A stretch of DNA of 64,000 bases from Spirochaetia bacterium (GCA_963662795.1 OY759746.1:480001-544000), one strand, 5' to 3'. Positions 9,645 through 19,439 are shown, counted from the stretch's first letter. The notes: generated by a model from the letters alone, not told the origin. A program made the numbers and translations.

Positions 9645-10706
9645 TTAACTACGAAGTAGTTTTCTTAATTCTTCAGGAATTTCTGTACCACCTATTGGTA
9701 AATCTCCCCACAAAGCCGTATAATTTTTTATGTTAGCAGGTGTAAGTGTTTCTGTATCAAAAAATAAATTGGGAGGTAATTCAGCGGTTCCATATTTAAT
9801 GGCATGATATGCCAGAAGTACTGCAACTCTTCCCTGCGTATCAGGATACTGAGATACGCATACATCCATATTTCCTTTTCTTACAACATCAAGGGCAAAC
9901 TGAGTTCCGTCAACACCACCTGTTATAATGTGTTTAGGATTACCTTGCGGATATACTTTGCTAAGCTGTTCCATTGCTGCAAATACACCGGACGCCATGC
10001 AATCAGCTTCCATAAATATACAATCGATTTCAGGATGAGCAGTAAGATGTGCCAATGTTGCTTCCATGGCTGGCTGAGGCTCCCAATCACATGCACTTTG
10101 AGCAATTAAATTAATTTTGAATTCAGGATTCATATTCATAACTTCCCAGAATCCTTTATCTCTATCTCTTGAAGGAGAAGAACCTAATTGTCCCCTTATT
10201 TGAATCATATTTATTTGCTTTTTTCCTGTTGCTTTAAATTGATTAATAAATTCACGTGCAATTTTTCTTCCGGCTTCGACGTTATCCGACTGTATAACAG
10301 TTGCAACATTTCCTCCGGTAATACTTCTATCGATGGCAATTACGGGAATATTTGCTTTTTTGCAATTCTCAACTGCGACAGACAATGCATCAGAATCCAT
10401 CGGTATTATAATTATTGCATCTGCTTTTTTTGCTATTGCATCATTTATCATATCTATCTGTCTTGTGAGCACATTATTTGCATCCATAACAGATCCTTCA
10501 AATCCCAGTCTTCCAAGTTCTTGTGCAAAACCATATGCTGCAGCTACAAAAAAAGGCGAAACAAAAGAATAGTGTGATAGAACTATATTTACCTTTTCCA
10601 ATTCACCACTATTTTTTGTCACTTCATCTTTTTTAGAACACCCTGCGAAAAGAATTGTCAGCATTAAAAAAACAACCAACAATTTCCAGATTTTTTTTTG
10701 TCCCAT
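9645..10706 (-). CDS. Sugar ABC transporter substrate-binding lipoprotein (RbsB-like)
   Basis: Lipobox LFAGC, NIPVIAIDR, SDNVEAGR, GGVDG; GGAGG RBS. Confidence 0.92.
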   Translation of the reverse strand: MGQKKIWKLLVVFLMLTILFAGCSKKDEVTKNSGELEKVNIVLSHYSFVSPFFVAAAYGFAQELGRLGFEGSVMDANNVLTRQIDMINDAIAKKADAIIIIPMDSDALSVAVENCKKANIPVIAIDRSITGGNVATVIQSDNVEAGRKIAREFINQFKATGKKQINMIQIRGQLGSSPSRDRDKGFWEVMNMNPEFKINLIAQSACDWEPQPAMEATLAHLTAHPEIDCIFMEADCMASGVFAAMEQLSKVYPQGNPKHIITGGVDGTQFALDVVRKGNMDVCVSQYPDTQGRVAVLLAYHAIKYGTAELPPNLFFDTETLTPANIKNYTALWGDLPIGGTEIPEELRKLLRS

Positions 10707-10738
10707 AATAATCCTCCATTTTATATTCTCTAAAATTT

Positions 10739-12256
10739 TTAAAAAATTTTTAGACCATTTAAAAAATGTTTATTTTCAAGATTCTTTCGCCAAACTTTAT
10801 AATATTCTTCATAAATTTGACTTTTTTCAGGCTCGGGGTTGATTTTACATCTAGTTTTATTCAATTCTTTTGCTTTGCTATCAATGCTTTCGTAATAACC
10901 CAATGCATATCCTGCGATGATAGCTGATCCGAGCAATGAACATTCTTGCTGACTTAGCAATAAACATGGCAATCCTAGTACATTAGCTTTTATCTGGTTC
11001 CAGATAATACTTGCAGAACCTCCTCCTATAATTCTCATTTCAGTAGGTTTAGCTATTAAAAGATTTTTCATTTCCTCTAAATAGCCTTTATATTCATATG
11101 CAATTCCTTCAAGAATTGATTTGTAAAAATGCTCCGGTGAATGTGAAAAATCTATTCCGATCCAGGCACCTCTATAATCGGGATTAGGTTGTGTACCTCC
11201 AATATAAGGATAAAAGCCTAATCCAGAGCACCCACTCGGTATATCTTTACAGCTCTCTGATAATTTATCATAAATATTTTCTTCAACATTTGAATTAAAA
11301 AAATTATCCCTAAACCACCTGATCCCTCCGCCACCAGTAGTAAATCCAAAAGTATACCATATATTTTTTACAGGCGATTTTAGAACTCTTAAAACTCCTG
11401 AAGGATCTGGTTTCCAGCTATCTTTAGCAACAAAAACAATTGAAGCAGTACCAGCAATATCTCCCAACTGATTGTCATTCAATATTCCAGCGCCTACTCC
11501 GGCACACGGGAAATCTCCTCCCCCAGAAATTACAGGGATGCCTTCAGTTAATTCCAATAACATTGCATAATAAGAACATAATTTTCCAATAATTTTTTCT
11601 GGTTCCGTAATTTCTGGAAGTTTTTCTATATCAATACCGGTACTTTCACAAATTTCTCTATCCCATTGACATTTTTCAATGTCAGCAATACCACTAAAAC
11701 CTAATGTTGTATTTTCATAATACGCATCTTTACCATTTAAATTCGCAAATTTACCGCCAATATATGTTGCAATAAGAACCATTTTATACGCTTTCTTATA
11801 TATTTCTGGTCTTTCATTTTTCCACCAAAGTATTTTAGGGCCATGAACAATACCAACATTTGTACCAGTTTTATTTAGTATAATGTCACCGCATTCTTTG
11901 ATCATCTCTGGAACATATTTTCCACATCTCATATCTATCCAAGAATCATATTCACTAACAGCATTATAATCTTGGTCTATCCACATTAACCCTGATTGTT
12001 GTCCATCAAAAATAATTCCTTCTACATTTTTTTTATTTATGTTTGATTTATAAAGACATTCTCTTATAGTTGTTACTACAGAAGCCATTAATTCATCTAC
12101 CAATTGAATAGTTGCTCCTGCTTCAGGGTGATAAAGCTTTGTTTCCTTAAATGAAGTACAAACAATTTCTCCGCCAAGATCAAACAACATTGTTTTTGTT
12201 CCTGAGCCTCCAATATCTGAACAAATAACATATTTTTTTTTAATATTTTCTCTCAT
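10739..12256 (-). CDS. FGGY-family carbohydrate kinase (xylulokinase-like)
   Basis: SDIGGSGTK, GGGDFPC, GDIAGTAS, ILEGIAY, GGGSASIIWNQIKANVLG. Start moved to ATG 12256 because the track start (12292) lies upstream of the sigma-54 promoter. Confidence 0.9.
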   Translation of the reverse strand: MRENIKKKYVICSDIGGSGTKTMLFDLGGEIVCTSFKETKLYHPEAGATIQLVDELMASVVTTIRECLYKSNINKKNVEGIIFDGQQSGLMWIDQDYNAVSEYDSWIDMRCGKYVPEMIKECGDIILNKTGTNVGIVHGPKILWWKNERPEIYKKAYKMVLIATYIGGKFANLNGKDAYYENTTLGFSGIADIEKCQWDREICESTGIDIEKLPEITEPEKIIGKLCSYYAMLLELTEGIPVISGGGDFPCAGVGAGILNDNQLGDIAGTASIVFVAKDSWKPDPSGVLRVLKSPVKNIWYTFGFTTGGGGIRWFRDNFFNSNVEENIYDKLSESCKDIPSGCSGLGFYPYIGGTQPNPDYRGAWIGIDFSHSPEHFYKSILEGIAYEYKGYLEEMKNLLIAKPTEMRIIGGGSASIIWNQIKANVLGLPCLLLSQQECSLLGSAIIAGYALGYYESIDSKAKELNKTRCKINPEPEKSQIYEEYYKVWRKNLENKHFLNGLKIF

Positions 12257-12268
12257 GATTCTTCTATA

Positions 12269-12285
12269 AGCAAAATATATGCCAA
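12269..12285 (-). promoter_or_regulatory. Sigma-54 (-24/-12) promoter of the catabolic operon
   Basis: Minus strand reads TTGGCATATATTTTGCT, an exact GG-N10-GC; the operon ends in a GAFTGA-containing activator. Confidence 0.82.
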
Positions 12286-12292
12286 ACATCAC

Positions 12293-12346
12293 ATAAGTAC
12301 TTATAAAACAACTCTAGATATAAGTACTTATTTTATAAGTACTTAT
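12293..12346. repeat. Three copies of the perfect palindrome ATAAGTACTTAT (putative operator array)
   Basis: Copies at 12293-12304, 12320-12331 and 12335-12346, directly upstream of the -24 box. Confidence 0.75.
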
Positions 12347-12619
12347 TAGTATTTTAAAAAATAATGTTTTTGATTTTTATTTATTCAAATAGTTGAATCC
12401 CATTAATTATTACCCAAGTGTGTATTTAATGTTTTTATATATCCTTTTGGGTAATTTTATATTCTTTTACTATTCCCAATTTGGATATCCACTAACTGGC
12501 TGCTGACAAAGGCACAGGAATTCTCATAAATCTTTAATTATGATATAATTCTACTCAATCGGGAAGAAAGTATCATGATGGGAAGTAAAGGAAATGGTGA
12601 TTTTTTGTAACTATTCAGC

Positions 12620-13747
12620 TATTCCAGTACTGCAGGCAAAATAATATTTCCAGTAAAAACACTTTTCAGTGCTTTAAGTACAGATTGGCCAGATTTTTTA
12701 ATACCTGATATATAGTTCTTGTTATACAGAAAGATTTAGCTCCTTACTAAGAGCGAAAAGTACCTGATCTCTTCTGCTGTACTTTAATCATTCTGATATC
12801 CCGTTCAGCCTGATTATTGTCAAATGGGACTTTTGGATCATAAATAAATCTAACTACATCAAGTTTGTATTTCTTTAATCTATATAACAGGTTATAGGCT
12901 TTTGTTTGTTTTACTCGACCTCGTTTACCATGCTTTTTTAGATTTTCGGGATTTTGTTTGAATCCTTCCCTGACAATCCTCTCATACCGACGTTTGTAAT
13001 ATAAAGTACGATGAGCACTTAATTCACCTTGCCTAACTATTTCTTCTTTTGAGTCACATAGACAGGATATCATTTTTTGTGCCCAATTTTGACTTTATTC
13101 TTCTGCAAGATAAGTAAGTTCTCTTAGATGATGGGCATTACAAAGAGCAGGAGTGCAATTATCTTCATAATAAGATCTCTAGTGATCATGAACTGCAGTG
13201 CCGCGAAAACATGGAAGGATTCCCATATCACAGATTGCTGCATTTCCCCGTTTTATATGAGGGAAATAATAAGTTAGCTGCTTATCTGAAGCTAGATGAA
13301 GCCAATGCAGTTTCCCAAGTATTCTATGTTCGGATTCGTCAAAATAGAGAACATCAGATTCAAGAAGCCTGTTTTTTATTTTATTTACAACAGGTTTAAG
13401 CTTTGAAGCACAGTTGTTATTGAAATTAACCAAAGTTCCCGTACTTGTCGATGTTCCAGGAATCCCTTCAAGAGTTTCTTGTAATCTTTCATAACTCAAA
13501 AATCCATGTTGTTTTAAAAATATGGCCAAAGATTTTAACTGATTTCCATACTGAGCATTTTGATTAATTCCTTCAGGAAATTCAGCATGATGTATTCTTC
13601 CACACCGTGGATACTTTTTGAACCCAAAATGATGTTCGGTTACCTTTATTTTAATTTCAGGAATATCAAAGACCTGACGTGAATCATATCCACAAGGCTT
13701 TTCACTGGATAAATCATGACCACAATCACAATGTCCTTCTACATTAG
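12620..13747 (-). pseudogene. IS66 transposase, central and C-terminal part (stop codon and frameshifts)
   Basis: HCDCGHDL zinc finger, RQVFDIP, YFDES, VHDH followed by TAG, VPFDNNQAERDIRMIKVQQK. Left limit approximate. Confidence 0.85.
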
Positions 13748-14819
13748 AGAAGGAACCTCTGAATAATTCAAGTTTTTAAGCACCTTTTCTATAATTAATT
13801 CTGTTCAGATAATCCTATGAAGGAAAACGGGTCAAAAATCCTGAATTACTCCCCTAAGGGATTCATGTTTTTCATACCCATCCCGGGTATTTTTCTTAAT
13901 TATTTCCGTTATGCACATGAGAGACCCTGTCTTTTCGCCAAAACAATATTTATCAGTGCACATGAAACAAATACATGATTTGCATTTTTATCAAGACCAC
14001 GATCCTGACCTTTTGATATCCAAACTGTCTTTTAAGTACATGAAAGACATGTTCTACCTTTGCCCTGATTCGTGATTTGTTTCTGTTCTGCTCTTTCTCT
14101 TTCTCAGTAAGTACTTTATTCCTGCTTCCCTTTTTCTGTATAAAGCTTTTTGCACAAGGTGATACTTTTGATATTTTTTCCTTTTGTCCACAGTAGGCAG
14201 AATCTCCTCAGACTCTTGTTTCTTCTCCATGAAGAAGATCTTCCAGTACCTGCGAATCATGCACACTTGCGGCTGTTACAACCACTGAATGTATCAGTTT
14301 TGTCCTGCTGTCCACTCCTATGTGGGTTTTCATTCCAAAATGCCACTGATTCCCTTTTTTCGTCTGCTTCATTTCAGGGTCTCTTTCTTTTTTTATATTC
14401 TTTGTTGAACTAGCCGCTTCTATTATTGTGGCATCTACTATAGTTCCTTTATAGATCTTTATTCCGTTTTCATGCAGATATTCATTCACTTTGGCAAAAA
14501 GTTCAGATCCAGGGTTTCTTGATTCAAGCAGATGCCGGAACTTCAGTATTATTGTTTCATCAGGGACTGGTTCTTCTCCAAGGTCTATTCCGGCAAAATA
14601 CCTGAAAACTTTTGAATCATATAATGCTTCTTCTGCTCCAGGGTCTGATAACTGAAACCAGTGCTGCAGAAAATGTATTCTAAGCATTTTTTCTATACCA
14701 ATAGGTCTTCTTCCTGCTCCTTCCGGTTTCGGATAATATGGCTCGATTACTTCGGACAGTTCTTTCCACGGTATTATTTGTCAACACCGGTTTAAAATTG
14801 CTGTTTCCGGCAAAACATA

Positions 14820-15584
14820 TTAGAAGTCAACGCCTCCTATTTTCAACCGGTCTTTCATCCGGTATGAATCACCTGCAAGACTCAGAACATGAGAATGGTG
14901 GAGAAGCCTGTCGAGGGTAGCGGTAGCCACGGCATCATCGCTCATAATTTCTCCCCAATGTCCAAAATTTTTATTTGATGTTAGAATAATCGAACCATTT
15001 TCATAGCGAGTATTAACAAACTGGAAAAATAAAGTAGCTTGTTCAGGAGTAAGATTTTCATATCCAACTTCGTCAACTAAAAGCACATGTGGTTTTGAAA
15101 ACCATTGCAGTTTCCTTCTAAACTTTCCTTGTTCTCTGGATTTTAATAATCGCTCAAGCAAATCTACACAGGAAATGTAATAAGCGGTAAAACCGTTCAT
15201 GCATGCCTTATATCCTAAAGCCAGAAGAAGATGGGTTTTGCCAAGACCACTTGGGCCGAGAAGAATAATATTCTCTTTTCGCTCAATGAAAGCAAGAGAA
15301 GATAGTTCATTAAACTTTTTCTGGGTTAGCCCACCTTTCAGCCAGCTCAGATCGAAGTCTTCCAGATTCTTATGCTGAGGGATTCCTGAAACCTTCAACC
15401 GTGTTCTGGCCATTCGTTCTTTACGGGGGTGATATTCAAGATCAACTAAATCAGATAAAACTTCCAGAAGCGTATTCTCACGCCTGGATTGGTCGCTAAG
15501 AAATGATTCAAAACCAGCTGACATAAATGAAAGATTGAGCTCTTCCATGCGTGCTTTTACAAGCCCCATTGATATTGTACTCAT
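14820..15584 (-). CDS. istB: IS21 helper ATPase IstB
   Basis: GPSGLGKTHL, LLVDEVGY, ILTSNKNFGHWG, TLDRLLHH, GDSYR. Confidence 0.93.
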   Translation of the reverse strand: MSTISMGLVKARMEELNLSFMSAGFESFLSDQSRRENTLLEVLSDLVDLEYHPRKERMARTRLKVSGIPQHKNLEDFDLSWLKGGLTQKKFNELSSLAFIERKENIILLGPSGLGKTHLLLALGYKACMNGFTAYYISCVDLLERLLKSREQGKFRRKLQWFSKPHVLLVDEVGYENLTPEQATLFFQFVNTRYENGSIILTSNKNFGHWGEIMSDDAVATATLDRLLHHSHVLSLAGDSYRMKDRLKIGGVDF

Positions 15585-16819
15585 GAAACCCTCCTGCTGC
15601 CTGTTGTAAGCTTTTCATAATCAGCCGGAGAACGAGTAACTACGTCAGTCCTGGAAATCTTTTTACGCACCTGTTTAAATTGCTGTCTCTCCCATAGTTC
15701 ATATAATGCTTTACGATCTTCATCCCTGAAGAGCCTCATATTCTTATTATTCATCTCAAGCTGGATGTTTCTTATGAATTTTTCATTACAGAACACTTCA
15801 GCTTCCGGTAAAAACGGGTCTACCTGTAATTAAACGGTTTTGCCAATAAGTTTTGGGGGAACACTGTAACGGTTTGTTTTATACAGTATCAAAGATTCAT
15901 TAGAGATCTTTAACACAACTGAGTTTCTGCAGTTATATTCCGTTTCCGGTAATGAAAGTAGGAAATACTTTTCAACTTTAAATCTCTGCTCACGACTTTC
16001 GCCAAGATCACGTATCTTTTTATGATTTATTTCTTTTATCCAGGAAACAACTCCTTCATTTAATTCTGTAAGATTTAACGGCTTCTCTTTTGCCTGCAGA
16101 AAATAATTATTGCTGTAGTAATCAATAAAGCGCTCTACCTTTCCTTTGCTTTGAGGTCTTCTGACTTTGCAGCGTCTGGGTATAAACCCATAATGATTCG
16201 CAAATGAGAGAAGCCGCTGATTTACTTTCCAGATTCCATCATTATAAATAAAAGCTGTTTTCATATTGTCATATAATATTTCTTTAGGGATTCCGCCAAA
16301 GTATAAGAATGCCATAATATGACATGCTAAAAGTGTTGCCTGATCCATACAGGTCGTATGAATAACAAACGGAGCTCTGCTGTATCCAAAAACAAAAGCA
16401 AATGCATATAGTTTCTGTTTCTTTCCGTCAACGATTCTTGTTCCATGAACTTTCCAATCTACTTGTGCTTGAAAGCCTGGTTCTGTTTCAAAACGAATTA
16501 CAGCTTTGGTGGTTATCTCAGCTGATTTTTCAGCAGCATAATCCCGAAGGATAGTTATGCTCCCTTTATACCCCTGTTTTTTAAGTCTCTCAAGCAGCAC
16601 AACACGATTGTAATCAGGTGTTTCATCAAGTATAGTGTCTATGAAAGGCTTGTATGATTCGAGAAGACTTATGTGTTCTCGAACTTTTCGTTTGCGGGGT
16701 GGCCCTGAGAGATACGTATATATTGTCCTCTCACTTTTTCCCATTGTTTCTGCAATGTCTTTGATTTTAAATCCCTGCAGTCGTAAGCTTTTAGCTTCAT
16801 TCATTAGTTTCTCCAGCAT
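15581..16819 (-). pseudogene. istA: IS21 transposase IstA with one premature in-frame stop
   Basis: RFETEPGFQAQVDW, YDNMKT, KGKVER, YSVP. TAA at 15830-15832 is in frame with the downstream 15581-15796 fragment. Confidence 0.87.
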
Positions 16820-17098
16820 TTTAGGGCGATTCCTTTTGTTTAGATTTGTGCTTAAACCTATTGAAAGGATATCTGCCCTTTTTTTCAAGCCGGTACCTGC
16901 AACTTTATTCCGGTGTTTTACTGCAGTTTAGCACCGGTGCTGACAATTATTTTATCCATCTGTTTAAGAAACAGTTCCTTCTTTGTTGTTTTTCTGTATT
17001 TTTCAAAGCCCTCTGTTGTTAAAGATACCTGACGCATTTTCTCACTCCTATAGCTGGCTTTGATTCTATCATTTTTTCAATAATTAATCAGAGGTTCC

Positions 17099-17437
17099 AG
17101 AAACTATTTCATCGGGGCTTTCTATCTTTTTGAGAGTTGTTCCTCCATGACCATGTTTCCCTCCGGCTTTGCCACCTTTTTTTCTTAAAGATTTTGTTTT
17201 CTTTTTCTTGTATGGATTGTCAGTAGAAGGAGATTTACTAAAGTTGTGGCTGTCTTTATTTATTATTGCTTCAAGTTTTTTTATTCTCTTTTCCTGTTCT
17301 TCAACTTTATCAGAAAGTTGATTAATTACATCCTGCAAGCTAAATACCAATTGTACTACTGCCTCGGGGCCTTGGTCATATACATTGAAAATTTGTTCAC
17401 GTGATAAATTTAAAAGCTTTTTTTCTGCTCTCCCATA
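17099..17437 (-). pseudogene. IS66 transposase N-terminal fragment
   Basis: Coiled coil then KDSHNFSKSPSTD and KAGGKHGHGGTTL, cut at the IS5 insertion. Upstream limit approximate. Confidence 0.75.
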
Positions 17438-17569
17438 TTGGGAATATTTTAATATTTCGAATTCTTAATTAATACTTAACAAATGCTTTTTTTCGCTGAA
17501 TAGTTACAAAAATTTAATGAAAGAAAAAATCAGCTTTTACGAAAGAATAAAATGCTTTCGTACTAAAAC

Positions 17570-17918
17570 AGATAATTACGATTTAAAATCTTAACAATTA
17601 CTGATACTTTCACCAGAGAGTGTCTGTCACCGCATGTTGCATTGAGCATACAAATCAGCGCCGTAGTCAGTGTTTTAGAAAAGCTTAAATTACAAGAAAA
17701 AGCTTGAATATATCAGAATTGATAACGGCATGAAAGTTTATATCGAAATTTCCTGATTTGTGGTGTATGAATCTGGTGTAAAACTTTTATTTTCAAGACC
17801 TAGAAAACCGTATTAATCCTTTAACGTTAGTTACCACAAACAAATGTCTTCAGAGTAACTGGTTTTTATCTCTTGAAGATGTCATACAAAAATTGGTACA
17901 GTTTTTGGGGATAGATCA
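17570..17918 (+). pseudogene. IS3-family integrase-core remnant with probable right terminal repeat
   Basis: Manual translation gives FKILTITDTFTRECL, IRIDNG, FSRPRKP and NWFLSLED across frameshifts; ends ...TTTTGGGGATAGATCA. Confidence 0.65.
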
Positions 17919-18884
17919 TATTCCGCCTGCCAATTTAATTTTGGATAAGACTTTCTCAATTATTGGTGTCTTTATCCCGTTTTCCTTGCCCATTCTTACA
18001 ATGCTGAAGCCGAATGTGTCAATTTCTGTTTTTTTCTTTCCTTTCTCAAGGTCAAGCTGAAAAGAGGTTTTAGCGGCTTTATCAATATTTAAAGCTATTC
18101 TGAAAGAATTTTCTTCAGAATCAGGGGGAAGGATAATGTTTTTCTTTTCCGCTATTGAGCGGATCTCTGCCATCATGCCGTAAAAATCCTTTTTTAATCC
18201 CTCATCAGATGTTATTCCATTGATGGTTACATTGTTCGCAGCAGTAATAAGGGCTGCAGGTGCTATAAAAATGAATTTTTTCCAGATCGGAACCTGCGGA
18301 TTTTCATCCCAGGTAAATTTTATCCCCATTTTTTTGAAGAAGGCAATAATCTCTTCCTTATCATAATCAGGATTTTCAAGGTCCGGGCCGGATACTATCC
18401 TTGCCATATCTCCCATCATGGCAACTACACCGGGCTCCTCAATTTTTGAAGCTATATACACACAGGACGGCAGAATAATTCCCCTTCCTGCCGCCTTTCT
18501 TATCTTTTCTTCGTTGCCGACACCGTTTAAAAGCGGAATAATTACTGTCTCATCTGTAATTTTTTCTTTAAGGGATTTCATTAATTCTTCAAGATCATAG
18601 CCTTTTACGGCCGCTATTATCAGATTAAGGTATGGAAGATCTGATATTTTATCAGTTGCTACATTCGGATAGCAGGTCAAAAGTTCGCCGGCCCAGGGTT
18701 TTAAGAGAAGACCGTTTTTTTTGACAGCTTCAAGATGAGCTCCTCTTGCAATAAAAGCTACATCCCGTTTGTCTTTGTAATTACCTGTAATATTAAGCGC
18801 AATCATGCCGCCGAAGTATCCGCCCACTCCTCCGAGGCCGGCGATGCAGATATGATTCGCAGCCTCACTCCTGTCAAGATTCAT
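17916..18884 (-). CDS. panE: Ketopantoate reductase family protein
   Basis: IAGLGGVGGYFG, IIPLLNGVG, WKKFIFI, TSFQLDL, EID. Confidence 0.85.
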   Translation of the reverse strand: MNLDRSEAANHICIAGLGGVGGYFGGMIALNITGNYKDKRDVAFIARGAHLEAVKKNGLLLKPWAGELLTCYPNVATDKISDLPYLNLIIAAVKGYDLEELMKSLKEKITDETVIIPLLNGVGNEEKIRKAAGRGIILPSCVYIASKIEEPGVVAMMGDMARIVSGPDLENPDYDKEEIIAFFKKMGIKFTWDENPQVPIWKKFIFIAPAALITAANNVTINGITSDEGLKKDFYGMMAEIRSIAEKKNIILPPDSEENSFRIALNIDKAAKTSFQLDLEKGKKKTEIDTFGFSIVRMGKENGIKTPIIEKVLSKIKLAGGI

Positions 18885-19028
18885 AATTCCTCCCTGTTTT
18901 TGGATATTGTATTTACTTGATTACTTCATAAATATAACTTTAACTTTTTTTGATGTCCATAGAGGACACTGCCGGAAGCATACAGGGAATATTTTTCACA
19001 TGACGCGGAAATCAGCAATGAGCGCATG

Positions 19029-19062
19029 TTGACTCCTTAGGCAATACTAACTATATTAGTTA
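19029..19062 (+). promoter_or_regulatory. Sigma-70 promoter of feoAB with overlapping inverted repeats (possible metal-repressor operator)
   Basis: TTGACT-N17-TATATT (19029-19057); TTAG-N6-CTAA (19037-19050); TAACTA-TAT-TAGTTA (19048-19062). Confidence 0.6.
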
Positions 19063-19076
19063 CAGGAAATAATAAC

Positions 19077-19424
19077 ATGACAGTAAAAATAAAAAATCTG
19101 GTTCCGGGGGAATCAGCGGTAATTGCGGGATATGAATCAGGAAGCAACTACTACAGGCAGAAACTTTTATCAATGGGGCTTATCAAGGGGACAGTAGTAA
19201 GGCTTATAAAAACCGCCCCGTTGGGAGACCCTGTCCAGATGGAACTCAGGGGATTCAAGCTTTCCTTAAGAAAAAAGGAGGCTGATGTACTTATACTTGA
19301 AAAGGATGAAACAGATGAGCTGCCATGTACCGGATTCTTCAACAGGCTGAGACACAGGGCGGGATTTGCCTGCGGGTGCGGGGCCAGACACGGACACGGA
19401 CGCAGACATAGTCACAGCAGATAA
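19077..19424 (+). CDS. feoA: Ferrous iron transport protein A with Cys/His/Arg-rich C-terminal tail
   Basis: KLLSMGL, APLGDP, LSLRKKEA; directly upstream of feoB. Confidence 0.92.
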   Translation: MTVKIKNLVPGESAVIAGYESGSNYYRQKLLSMGLIKGTVVRLIKTAPLGDPVQMELRGFKLSLRKKEADVLILEKDETDELPCTGFFNRLRHRAGFACGCGARHGHGRRHSHSR

Positions 19425-19439
19425 TATATGAGGTAATAT

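Larger units (their letters stand above)
14779..16945 (-). mobile_element. IS21-family element
   Basis: Ends TGTCAACACCGGT (14779) and ACCGGTGCTGACA (16945); 6-bp target duplication ATTATT (14773-14778, 16946-16951); istA-istB pair. Confidence 0.92.
13909..17037 (-). pseudogene. IS5 transposase pseudogene (split by IS21, one nonsense codon, one frameshift)
   Basis: Removing IS21 and one ATTATT restores MRQVSL...MDKIIPWKEL...MLRIHFLQHWF in frame; IVDATII, WHFGMKTHIGVD; RV*GDSAY; 1-nt loss in the KVRYRG motif. Confidence 0.87.
13752..17098 (-). mobile_element. IS5-family element interrupted by IS21
   Basis: Inverted repeats GGAACCTCTGAATAA (13752-13766) and TTAATCAGAGGTTCC (17084-17098) with one mismatch; 4-bp target duplication AGAA (13748-13751, 17099-17102). 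Confidence 0.88.
12607..17507 (-). mobile_element. IS66-family element (single-ORF type), decayed and interrupted by IS5
   Basis: Perfect 13-bp terminal inverted repeats GTAACTATTCAGC (12607-12619) and GCTGAATAGTTAC (17495-17507); transposase fragments on both sides of the IS5; no target duplication visible. Confidence 0.85.

Noticed and set aside
12293-12346. Mini CRISPR array
   Set aside because: The repeats are only 12 bp with 15- and 3-bp gaps, and no cas genes are present; an operator is more plausible.
13179-14210. Stops at conserved Trp positions (TAG 13179, TGA 14208; also 62451) suggesting an alternative genetic code
   Set aside because: They occur only in decayed elements and are single G-to-A changes from TGG; many intact genes here end in TGA or TAG and use TGG for Trp.
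15581-15832. Programmed frameshift or separate third ORF in IS21
   Set aside because: The fragment is in frame with istA behind a single TAA, so a nonsense mutation or sequencing error is simpler.
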